From positions 2,028,747 to 2,092,746 of the forward strand of contig MU062062.1 of the NCBI GenBank assembly GCA_013265495.1: DNA of 64,000 bases, in the 5' to 3' direction. Under the pieces are notes generated by a model. That model made no database searches. It saw only the letters and a list, made by a program, of their open reading frames with translations, and was not told the origin of the DNA. Shown here piece by piece: positions 9,677 to 21,290 of the stretch. The stretch comes from Vicugna vicugna (taxonomy: Eukaryota). The position numbers and the translations under genes were made by a program. Each line of letters begins with the position of its first letter. Position 1 is the stretch's first letter.

Positions 9677-12600
9677 GTGAGAGGGAGCCGCGCAGGAAGT
9701 CTGCAGCGCCGAGGGGGCGGGGCTGGGGCCCAGCGGGTGCGCCCCAGACACGGGCTCTGTGTTCTCTCTGCAGCCTCACAGAAGTGCAGCTCCTGACCCC
9801 CTCCCCACTGTTGAGCAGAAGCCCTAACAGAACAAGCTCCCCGGCGACTCGGCACACAGTGAAGCTGGGGGAGCACCGGGAAGGGTGGAGGCAGAGAGAC
9901 TGTTCAGGGGAACGTTGGCTGGTGGCGGGTTCAGCGGGACAGGACCTCAGGGAGCAGCGTGGAGGGTGGAGGAGGGTGGAGAGTCGCCGTGAGTGAAAGT
10001 AGGATGAGAAATGCAAGATCTCAGACCACCTGTGTCCCCACCCGCTCCCAGCGCTCTCCAGAGGGGATTTGCCCCCACTGAGGGAGTTTTCAGAGAAGAG
10101 TGGTGGAGGGGAGGGGTCTTGGCGACATTCCTGGGGAGGACGAAGAGCGAACAGCCCCCAGGCCATGCTGTCTGCGCCCCCATCCTGTGAACTTTGACCC
10201 CTGACGTCACATTGGACACTGGGAAGAGGAGGGTCTGGGCCCTCACTTAACGTGGAACCTGTGGAATACAGGCAGGGGAGAGCTCTGCGCGGGTACGTTT
10301 AAATACGTTTTCATGTTTTCACAAAACCATGAGCTCTGCCTCCTCGTCCTAACCCCGGGGCCCGGGACGTCCGGTCAGGCTGTTCTGCACTGTCGCCAGG
10401 AGCACACGAGAAGGCGGGGCCGGAGTCCGAGGGGGCGGGGGCAGCAGGGGCAGGTTAGGGGGAAGGGGTGCAGGTCACCATCTGGAGTGGGCGGTGCTGG
10501 TCCGCTGGGCACAGGGCAGAGGCGGCCTCAGCAGGCGGATGCTGGGGTCATGCTCCTAAATGGAAGCACCACCTCTAGCCCCGCCAGAGCACACTGACGG
10601 CCCCCGTCAGGGCCCCACAGGGAGCAAAGCCACCAGAGCACTGAAACAGGGGATGGGAGCAGAGAGTCCTTCCTGGACGGGGGAGGGGCCGAGAAGCCGA
10701 GAGAAAGAAGCCCCTGGAGCCTGGCCTGGGGACCCAGAGCTGGGCCACCCCAGAGACCAGCTGCAAGGCAGCGAGGAGGGGCAAGGGGAGGCTGGTCAGA
10801 GGGGGAGCAGAGCCAGGTTCCCCCCCCCAGGATCGGCCCCCCGGACTGCAGGAGCAGGTGCCCCTGCCCCTCCCTCTCAGACTGGGGCTGCTGGCTGCCT
10901 CCTTGCCCACCACCTGTGTGACTTCAAAGCTCTCCTGCTCCTCGGGAGCAGGGACTTCATCCACAACCAGGCTGGGTGGGGGGTGCGGAGGTTCCCAGGC
11001 ATGTGATGGGGGTCTAGGGCCCCGTCCTGTGACTCCCTCTGCAGAGAAGGAGAAACCGTGAGCTCTTCGGCCCTGCTCCAAGTGCTTCTTTCTTCCTGAC
11101 CCACCACCCGCACGCATGCACCTGTAGGCCTCTGGGTAGGAAGGCCTGTGTGTTGCTCTGGAAGTGGCCTGTCTGAGATCCAACAGGGGGAGCAGGGGTG
11201 CTCTGAACAGCGCAGACACCTCGAGCCCGGTGGGGCATCTTTCCCACTGATTTCCATCTTCCACGCGGGAGGCGCACTCCTGAGCCCGGCAGAAGTCTCC
11301 TCTCTGATTAAAGGTGTCCTTCCTGCCTCCCGGACCCTCCCCCTAGATCAGGCCAGAGGCTCCGACAGGGCTGGCTTCTCTCGCTCTGCTGAGCCCTCAG
11401 GATCCAGCGTTTGCGCCAGTTCTCAGCAGCGCGGGTGCCAGAGAGGTTTGAACCACATCCAAAATGCATGTGCCTCGTAGCCCGGGAAAAGACAGCAATT
11501 AAAAGCAGCTAAAACCAAGCAATTTATGACTTACAGATGTCAATTTATGACAGAAATCACTGCGTATATTGTGCCAGCGAAGTGACATTTATTCAGTAAT
11601 TAATGATTAAAGCAGTAATTTCCCACGTTCGCAGCCACCTGGTGTCTGGTGGCGGTTAGAGGGCGCACTCGCCAGGCCAGCTGCACTTCCTGTGGTGGGG
11701 AGGGTCCCAAACTGGGCCCCAAACGAGCACTCTGTGCCCGGGGCGGTGCTGCCCCATCTCTGCCCAGAGCGTTCCAGGCGGGACGGGCACAGCCCGGGAG
11801 CCTGTGCAGCGTCTGCCTCAGAAACCCTCGCCAGAGTTTGCTGAGGGAGCGCCTCTAACTGAAGGCGTCAGCGGCTCGATTCCACGGGCAGCGAACGGGC
11901 AGTATGACCAGCGGCAGCGCCTGCAGGGACCACGAGGGCTCGTGGGCCAGGCGTGGCTGCGGCCGGGGCTGCCCCCGGGGGAGTCTGAAAGTCGCCTCCT
12001 CCTTGTGGCTCCGGTCACGGCTGTGAGGAAGCTGTCCTCTGGCCCCTGAGCCTGACCTCGGGTCCACGTCCCACTCCCTGCGCTCTGCAGCTTCCGGCCC
12101 TCCTCCACCTGACCCAGGGGCCGAGAGAGCTTTGCTCACGCAGCTCTCGGGCCTGGGAGCCCTCTGGTGTGTCCCGGGGTTCCCGCTCTATTTTCCCCTC
12201 CCGTTCATGGAAGGCAGGCAACTTGCTTTAGAAATGATGATAAAAGTTAACAAGTTCCAGAGCCCACGCCTGGCGGGCAGTAGGGCCCATCGCTGGGCCC
12301 AGAAGAGAGTCAGGCAGAGACCGGGGTGGGGAGGGGGCAGCCACGTGCCCCTGACTTCTCCCCCGACTGCCCCTTCAGTGACGAGCAGTGAGAATTCTTC
12401 ATTCCTGTAAATAGGACACCCAGCCTTATTTAAGTCCGTTGCCAGAGAGAAAATGTCTGAGGTCCGCACGTGGCTGGACTTCATGGCAAAAGAGCGGCCA
12501 GCAGCTATGACACCACCAGCGCCGGCTCAGGGAGGGAGGGTGTCCTTTCTGTAGAAATGCGCAGAAAAGGGAAATCCATTCACTTCCGTCCTTGTTCGTG

Positions 12601-13064
12601 GTCAGACAGTTCTAAACCGCAGGCAGCTTGCTCTCTGCAAGACCAGACCTCTGAGGCTGATGGCCCATGGCGCTGAGGTGTGTGTGAGTGGCGCTCCTTC
12701 CCTGGGTGTCCCCTGACTGGCAGAGGGTCTGCGTCCTCCCTGACAGGGAGCTTGGGCCTAGGGGGCCCAGTTAGCCGCCGGTGAAGAGGAGGCCTGGGTG
12801 CCTCTGAGACGACTCTGTGTCCGAGGTCCTGCGAGTCTCTGGTGTTGGAGAGGTTACCTTGCGTGGTGGAGGGGGTGGGGATGGAGAATGGTGCTGGTGA
12901 GAAAGGAGAAGTGAAAAGCGGTGGTGGCTGCGTCGTTTTCCTCATCTGAACCGCCCGCTCTGGCGTCTCCTAGATGGTTGAGGAGTCGGGCTGGAAGGCT
13001 TCCACGCCAGGACCTAAGCTGGGCAGCGTGCCTTCCTCTCTCAGAGCGAACGCAGCATGCCTCG

Positions 13065-13392
13065 TGGGCCTGGGTCTCCTGCTCCCACGACCATGACACA
13101 TGCCGCCTGCGGGTTCCTCACGTCCTGGGGGCTGGACGTCCGAGGTCCAGGTGTCGGCAGGGCTGGCTCCTCCCGAGGCCTCTCTCCTGGGTGTAGACAG
13201 CCGTCTCCCTGTGTCCTCCCAGGGTCGTCCCCTGTGCGTGTCCGTGTCCCGTTGGAGCAGGGCCCACCCACATGGCCTCATCTGACCCCATCACCTCTGT
13301 AAAGACAGCCTCCCCAAGCGCAGCCGCATCCTGAGGTCCTGGGACTGAGACCCCACATACAGAGCTGGGGGAACACACCTCAGCCCACAGCA
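13065..13392 (-). mobile_element. MLT1-type (MaLR) solo LTR relic
   Basis: CTGGGGGCTGGACGTCCGAGGTCCAGGTGTCGGCAGGGCTGG...GGCCTCTCTCCTGGGTGTAGAC...CTGAGGTCCTGGG...CAGCCCACAGCA matches the reverse-complement MLT1A/B pattern. Confidence 0.8.
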
Positions 13393-16300
13393 CAACACTT
13401 CTCTCCTGTTTTACAACTGTTTTCATAGTTTAAAAACACAGTGTGTTGAAGTCCCTGAGTTCACCTCGCCTGCCTGTGGCCCACAGACAAGTGGGAAGAG
13501 CTCGGCCTTGAGTGGGGAGACCGTGGCTGGCGGGGGGTCCTCAGCCTGCCTTCTTTCAGCCTTTTTCTTTCTACCTGATGGACCCTGAGGTCTCAGCTTT
13601 CTTGTCTGTAAAGTCAGGATGTTTCCAGAAGTTCCACAAAGTCGAACTCCCTCTGTGAACGCAGTTACCAAGTCCCACAGACAAAGCGTGTAACTTCAGG
13701 GCCCCCTCGAGTGCGCCCTGTCCGCGCCCACATGACGAGACGCTGGGGGGCAGGGGCAGTCCTCCAGGCCTCTGGGACGCAGCGGTGTGACGCCCATGCC
13801 CCCAGCCAGAGGGCAGGTGCCCTCCAGAGCGTCTCCAGCTACAGAAAACGCTTTGCCACGTTTTTCTTGGTTTTCAAAGCCCCACGGTGCCACCAGGATC
13901 CCCAGAACCAGGGAGTTGGTGCAGCGGCATGAAGCCCTTGGAAGGACGCGCCTTCCTGGAAAGCAGGTGCTGCTGTCGGTCAGCTGGCCAGCAGGGCAGC
14001 GAGGAGGGGTCTCCGCACAGAGGGTAGCACTCCTGGGAAATTCGGCGAGAACAGAGCAGCAGCGTGCGGCTGGGAGACTTGACCAGAGGTGGGAAGGAAA
14101 AACAAGCCCAGCCGTGTGTGTTTGCCGAGCGCAGCTGCGCTCACGGGAAGAGGGCTGAGGGGTGGCACTGGAGGAGGGGGCGCGCATCCTCCACCTGGGA
14201 CAGCGCTACCTCCCTGCACCCCTCGACCCCACGCGGGCTGTGCTGTCCAGGGTCCTGGCTTTCGGCCTCCTTACTCATACTGCCTGTGTGGCCAGCGTGG
14301 CCCGCATCTTGGCTCCATGTCCTGCTCTTATGGAGCCTGACCTTTGACTTGGTCCTGACCCTTGACTCACAGCCTCTGCTGACCCTGCCTGCCTGCAGCC
14401 ATTTGCCTCCTGTGCCCCCGACTTAACAAGATCATTCAGAGCTCTGTCCGTGCCCGGCTCGTCATGGTTGTGGAGCCGTTCGCTCTTTCCCAGATGGGGC
14501 GCAGTGGTCAGCACTTAGCACACCCCCCTTGTAACGACCCCCTCCCTGCCCCGGGAGCGCAGCATCGCCTGGGAAACTGCAAGGGCTTATCCGGCTTTGC
14601 GGGAGCAATTTGTCAGGGCCCTTCTGTCAGACCGGCTATCAGCAGATCCGTAATGGGTTCTGGACCCTTTTGACCTTCCAGCATCGCCTCCGCCCTGAGC
14701 CGCTGTGGTCTCCTAAATGCCGTTTCCTTCCTCTGGCTGTAAGGGCCTCTTGACAGGGATTTTAGTGTCCACCTTAGTGGTGGAGCAAGGCCTTTAAGAA
14801 ACTGAGCTCTTGTTTTGGAGGTGAGGTATGGGACGCGTGACCCAGCGGCCTGTTCCCCACCTCCGCTCATCCAGAGAGCAGGACACAGACACGCAGGCTT
14901 TCAAAGTGTGCGCGGCAGGTGGCAGTTTTAGAGCTGAAAAGGGAACTGACCCTCTTCCCCAGCTGGAGTAACACCCCCCACCGACCCCTGCCCCTCTGTC
15001 TGGGATTGGGCGGGGGCTGGAGGTGCAGGAGGGGCGAAGTTCAGAAAGAGCCTGGGGTCTGGGTGCCGGTCTAGGCTGTGATGGTAACAAGGCGGGACAT
15101 TTCCGCTCACTGGAGGCTGGGCTGCAAACGTGGGCCCAGCCCTGCGCGGGTAGGCAGCTGTAGTGGCCTGATTCTCCAAGCACGCAAGTGTGCCGGGAGC
15201 AGACTAGGCGCCCCGTGAGGCTGTTCAGAGGCACCGTCACTGCAGGGCTTCGCGGGAGCTCAGGCCCGGTTGCTGGGCTTGGGGGCGTCCGGGGTCCTGT
15301 TGTTGCTCTTATAAAGGCCAGCAAGGTCGGCGCCAGCCCGCCAGCCCCTCCAGATGCCCTCCCCCCGCCCAGAGGAGGTGTGTCTGCAGGACTCCCATCG
15401 ATAGAGCGACGCCCCCTCCCTGGGAGCACCGCCCTCCCTCAGGGAAGGAGGGAGCAGGAGGGAGAAGAGGGTCGGCCTGAGGGACAGGAGGTTCCCACCG
15501 ACCAGGCCTGCTCTCTGCTCTGGCTCCCGGGCCTGGCCTGCCAGGCCACCCGTCCTCTTCTGCTCATCTCTGTGTTACACCCAGAGCACCCACTGTTCAC
15601 CTCCAGGGAGTTGAGTCTACCCCAACTGTCCAGCACTAGTGGGTCTCGGTCCTGACAGGACCAGGAAGCGAGCTGCAGCACACACAGCCTCCCAGAAGAC
15701 GCACGCGGACGTCCGTCTCAGTGACCGCGTTTGGTCTGGAAAGTGTCCCTGCAGCATCACCGATGCTCTGTACGAAGCAGGCGGTAACGGTGCACCATCT
15801 TACACACTCTTCAAAGTGGACGGGACACCCCAAAATGCACACACAGAATTTGGGGGCAAAGAGCTGAGAGACAGTGGGAGAGGCGAAGGCTGATTTTTCA
15901 GTCCTGTAATTGAGGGTTCATGAGACGTGGATTCACCAGGGGAGCCCTCGGACGCCTGCTCTGTGTGTATAGACTTTTATGTATGTGTCTGTACGTGTGT
16001 GACACGTACTCCACGTGCCACGCAGCCATCACGTTACGTGAACAGTACATGTTATACACATTCCATGTCATGTTCAGCCCCAGTGGCGAGGCCCACCCCC
16101 TTTTGCGCGCGTGCCAGCCCCTTCTGACAGGCCTTGCAGCCCAGGGTCCTGGGTGGGGGTCCCTGGAGTCTGCTGAGCCGGGACAGCAGGACCTGCCCTG
16201 GTCTGACCTCCCTCCGAGAACCGCTCTACCCTCCACCAGGAAGCCGTCCACAAGGCAGCAACTCTGTGCTCTTTCAAGTCTTGCTTTCAACACGAGCTAT

Positions 16301-19300
16301 TCCTGGGCTCCTCAGAAACACTGCCGAGCCCCATTTTGCAAGAGAGAACTTCCTGAAATAAAGGCAGTCCACTGGCCTGGGACCAGCTTGAGCTTTCTGA
16401 CCTGAGCTCTGCCTCCCGCATCTGCAGAGGAGCTGTAAGCTCACACACGTGTGGTTTGCTCCTGGAAGCCGCCAGGCCCCTCTCCCCACAGGACGGATGA
16501 TGGAGACAAGCCCGTGGCTGCTCGGAGAACACAGGCACCGATGCTCCCATCACGTCATTTGTCAGGGGCGCTTTTTATTTCACAGGGTCCCTTCATCCGT
16601 TGAAGAATGAAGTTGGTGACAGTTTATCTTCCTTGTGATGCGAGCGTGTCTCTCCCAGTGTGACTGCTCGTCTGCAGAGGTTTGCGGGGGCTCAGGCAGC
16701 TCCAAGACAATAAACGCGCTGCAACGGCCCGGCCTGTGTGCGGCCTTGATGCCTAAATTGTCCTCCCATTAGGTGAGGGAGGTTTGCAAGAGCTTTAATT
16801 GATCTCTTTTTAAATACAATGAGCTGTCAAAACCGGAGCACTAAACGGCAGGCCTTTCCGTCTGCGCTGCTGTTATAGGAAGCGGGAGCTGTTTTAAACC
16901 GTGCTCCCAGCACCCTGACTGGAGCGGGCCGACTCTGGCCACCGCGCCATCTCGCAGACACCCGCCCTGGGGCCAAGCGTTCTTCTAGGTTTGAAAGACC
17001 TGGCGCAGCGACAGGAGTTGGGGCCGGAAGGGGGCGGAGGACCCCGGGTGCCAGCTGTTCAGGCTCCGCACCTGACTCGTGTTTCTCAGGTTAAGGATGC
17101 GCTGGGGCCACAGAGGAAGGAGAGGAGCATGGACCATACACGCTTGCACTGTGACCCCAGCTGCCCTGCCGTCCCGGCAGCACGGGCTCCTCACGGCCCA
17201 CGGCGGCCCAGGCCCTCGTGCCAGGCTCAGGGGCCGGGGCCTGTGGCGGCAGGTGGAAACCTGTCCGGGCCCGGGACCTTCCCATGAAGACGCACAGGCG
17301 GGGATTCCGTCCAGGGGAGTGTTTCCCAAGGAGGCAGGGCCAGGAGGTCTCAGGACAGGTTTCCCAGCCCTGCCAGCGGCATAAACTGGTTTTACTGACG
17401 ATGTATTTCTGTCCACGCTGACTGCTGAGAACCCCCCGCCTCCCAGGGTATCTGTGGATGCACACTTTCCGAATCAGGGCCCTCAGACCTGCCCTGGGGA
17501 CAAGAAAGCATGTGTCCGCCAGGAGTGAGGATGGAAAGGCAGCCCTGTCGTCACTGCTGTTGATGTTCGGGGCCCTGACTTGGTTCTCAGCCTTTAAAAA
17601 AGTCAGAGCTGCCGCCGCTCAGATAAAATCCAAACTGTCTGCTACACCTCTAATTATCAGCCTGCCTTCCGGGTGAAATAGTACTATTCAATTATTGCTT
17701 TTTGTTCACTTGTCAGCCACCGGAAAAAAAATCATCGCTGCTTTCAAACCAGCGAAAAGAACAGAAAGTCTGCAAATTGCTTTCTCAGCGCAGTTACTTC
17801 AGACCTCATACCTCTCTGCAGAGTGTCAGAAATTGTATAATGCTCTGTTGCCTGCAGATCGGGTCTAATGTGGCTGTTTCAATGATTTGTTGTACATGAT
17901 GTAATTTTATTGAAATGATTTCTTTTGTCACCACTTTGTATGTGGCTGGTGGTGACACCCTGCACTCATCATCTAAATACACGTTTGCTGCGACCCCTGT
18001 AAACCAGGCAGCGTTGTCCCCAGGGTGGCGTGTTACTCCTCTGGGCGAGATGAGGGCAGGCCGAGCCAGCCCCCCCGGGCGGGGCGTCGCCACGGGAGCC
18101 CACAGACCGGCTGCGTCTCCCTGCCCTCGGCTGCAGAGGAGCAGGGCCGGTGCAGCCAGGGTCGTCCTGGAGGCCTCACATCTGGCCTCACTGCGGACGT
18201 GCCTACCCCAGGCCGGATGGGACAGGGAGGCCCGCGGCTGCTGGCCAGTGAGCACGTGCCGCACGGGAGGACATCCCCTTGGTCTCCCCTCAGCACGTGT
18301 GGAGGATGCTGAACACGGAAACGTGTTTAAAACGCTGAGCCCCAGAACCTGCTGTCGCACACCGAGGCCCCAGAGCAGCCTCTCCGACTGCGCCCAGCTG
18401 TCCCCGGGGCTCCCTTCCCTAGCGTCCTTCCCCTTTGCTGTAACTTTGTAGAGGAGACTGGCAGAGACGCGTGTCCCCCGGCGTCATGCACCGTGGGCTG
18501 GGCAGTCCCTCCAGAAACGACGCATGCCCGCTGTGTGCGACCGCAGCCCAGGTCAGCGTCGGCCGCAGGAGCTGTGTCCGCACAGATCTGTTCCCTCAGG
18601 TTCTTGTCAGGGCCCCGGCCCCCAGCCTTACGTCCAGTCGGGGTTGGGAGCCCACCCCTGGGTCCTCCTGGTGGCACCTGTGTTTCTGGGGTAAAACTCA
18701 CACCAGTGTCCTCCACCCTGGCTTTCTCCTCTCCCGGACCTGCAGGAGTTGACTTGTTTCTGGACCCCGCGTGTGTGGCACGCGAAGTGCACGTGTTCGC
18801 AGGGGAACAGGGGAGGGAGCGGGACTCACGCGCTTTGTGCTCCGAGACTCTCAGTCTCTGGCCCCGTTCAGGACCCGGCCAGCATCACCCCGCACTCCCG
18901 CCCTGAGGCTACAGAGACAGAGAAAGACCCCGGCTGGGGCCAGGGGAGCTGAGCGGCTGGCGCCCTCGGCATCTCAGGATGTTGTGCTGACGTCTTAGTC
19001 TCCAGTTTCCTTCGGAGGGTGTGGGGGCGGGTCTCCCATTGACCGTGCCTCAGCCCGGTCAGTGCGGGCTCAGGTTTGGCTGTGCAGCCACCCTGCTGCC
19101 GGAGCAGCCATTGCTGCCAGTTCCCAACTTGCTTCCAGCGTAGAAGAAATGTTTACTCTCCTCATTTTGCTCAGGATGATTTAAGAGGAAAAAATGTTTT
19201 ATTATCTGGAGTTCAGAGTCAGAGTCCTGAGCCACATAACTTAGTTGCTGTGTGGAATAAACACACGGATGACCGTCACTGTCGGAACAACCCAGAAACC

Positions 19301-19346
19301 ACACAGGGCCAGCACTGCCGGGGGGCGCCGTCGGTGAGGGCGAGGG

Positions 19347-19376
19347 AGCTGCCGGGGACGCAGCTGCCGGGGACGC
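19347..19376. repeat. 15-bp tandem duplication
   Basis: AGCTGCCGGGGACGC x2, exact. Confidence 0.9.
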
Positions 19377-21197
19377 ACTGCTGGGGGCTCGGCCGCTGAC
19401 CGCACGGAGGCTAGGCCGGGAGCAGTGGCCACGGGGACTGAGCGTCCCAGGTGGAGACTAGCAGCAGACCTGCTTCTTACCATCCCGGGGGCCACAAACC
19501 CACGGTCAAGGTGCCAGCACGGTGGGTGCTGGTTCCCAGATGGCATCTTTCCCCAGGTTCTCACCTGGAGGGAGGGGCGGGGGCCCTGGCGGTCCCTTCG
19601 CGAGAATACGAGTCCCGTGGTGGAGGCTCAGCGCCTCCTGACGCGGTCATCCGGGCTTGTCCCCAACACTGGGTCTGGGGCCACCGTTCCACCCGAGCCC
19701 CACCCGCAGTCCATGCGCTAGCAGCCCCGCACGTGTCCTGTGCCTGCACGGCCCACCTCGCTCCATTTTCTTTTTCCTCTTAGAGGCCAGGATTCCGAGC
19801 TGCCTGGGAAACCGCGAGGGCAGGTGACACTTGCTTCCACGTGGACTGAGAGCCGGGACTGTTGGGGGGGCTGTCCAGGGCAGGCTGGCCTGGTCCTGCA
19901 CTGTCCTCCCACCATGACAGACCGGGGCTTGGCTTCCACCCTTGGCTGGGGGCCGAGGCAAGGAGGCTCTGGGAGGCGGCCATCCATCCCGCCCGTGGGG
20001 AAGTCACACCTCATTAAGAGGCCGTAGGTAAGCAGGGCCTGGACAGACTCAGCCCCGTGGACATGTGGTGACAGCTTGAGTTATGCTGACAGGCCCCCTC
20101 AAAGGGAAAGGCAGTGTCACAGGGAGATGAAACACGTCCCCCGTCACCCTCCACACAGGACAAATGGATGGCCGAGGAGCCTCCCGCCAGCCACACGGCC
20201 GTCCAGGGACAGACGGGAGAGTTGAGTTTGATGTTATAAATCACCGTAATTTGTTACAATTTCCAAAGACAAATATGACAGGGTGGAATTACTTTGCAGG
20301 GCTGAGGCAGTCATTTGCAGAAGCCATAAAGCGCCGTATAAATCTGCGGATGAGATGCATTTAATCTGAGGAAACAGCGCGGTGTCGGCTCTGTCTGTCG
20401 TGCTTACCAGGAGCCCAGGCTCACTCTCGCCGAGGGGTCCTCTCACCGCGTGCGGGACCCACTCCCGCAGGGCCCTCTCCCCCGTCCCCCAGGGGAAGGG
20501 GAGGCCTGGGCTTCTGCCCGCCTCCCAGCCCCCCAGACACGCGCCCCGCCCCAGACGGAGGACGAAAGAGGAGCAGCGTTTCACCCGAACCCACCAAGTG
20601 TGCCGTCCCCGGGGAAGGAGGGTGGGACCCGGCTCCACCCCACGTCCTCTCTGTCGGGGCTCCTGGCGCCTTTCGCTGCCAGCTCTCGGCTGGTGGTTCC
20701 CGAACCCACGTGTGGGCGTCTCTTCTGAGCTGCGGGCTCCCCGGCAGCGGTGGCCAGGCCATGACTCCCTGAGAGCCAGGGGCCGTGACCTTCCAGAACT
20801 GCCTTCCTTGCTTTAGGTGGGCTACGAGGAGGCTGAGGCCAGGCGTGCTGCTTCTCGGGGCCCCACCCAGAACGTCATGCAGATGGTCCCCCGAGGTCGC
20901 CCACTCTTCCAGCCTGAACGTGGCCCAGGGCGCCCCCACCCACCCCCGCCTCCCTCCTCAAGAGTAACTCCAGCTCCGGGTGCGGCGCCCAGCAGGGGCC
21001 TGGCACCGTCGTGTGGCTTTTTCGAGCGTCTCAGCTTTTAGATAGTCACTCTGATGTGTGGCGACCGCCATCCACCCTGGCTGGTCTGGTGGCATCTTCA
21101 GGGCTGGCCGCTTCCCTGAACTTGGGTCTCTTCCGCCCAGTTTCCCCGCCATCCACAGACCCTTTGAACTCCCGTGTGAATATGACAAAATAACAGG

Positions 21198-21290
21198 TCA
21201 GTTAAGAGCGTGGACTTGGGGTGGGAGGCCTGAGCTGGGTTCTGGCCCCATCACTCACTAAATATCGAGCCTTGAGCACCAAGTACTTGC
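21198..21290 (+). mobile_element. MIR SINE, 5' fragment
   Basis: GTTAAGAGCGTGGACTT...CTGGGTTC...CACTCACTA...CCTTGAGC resembles the MIR tRNA-derived head and core start. Confidence 0.55.
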
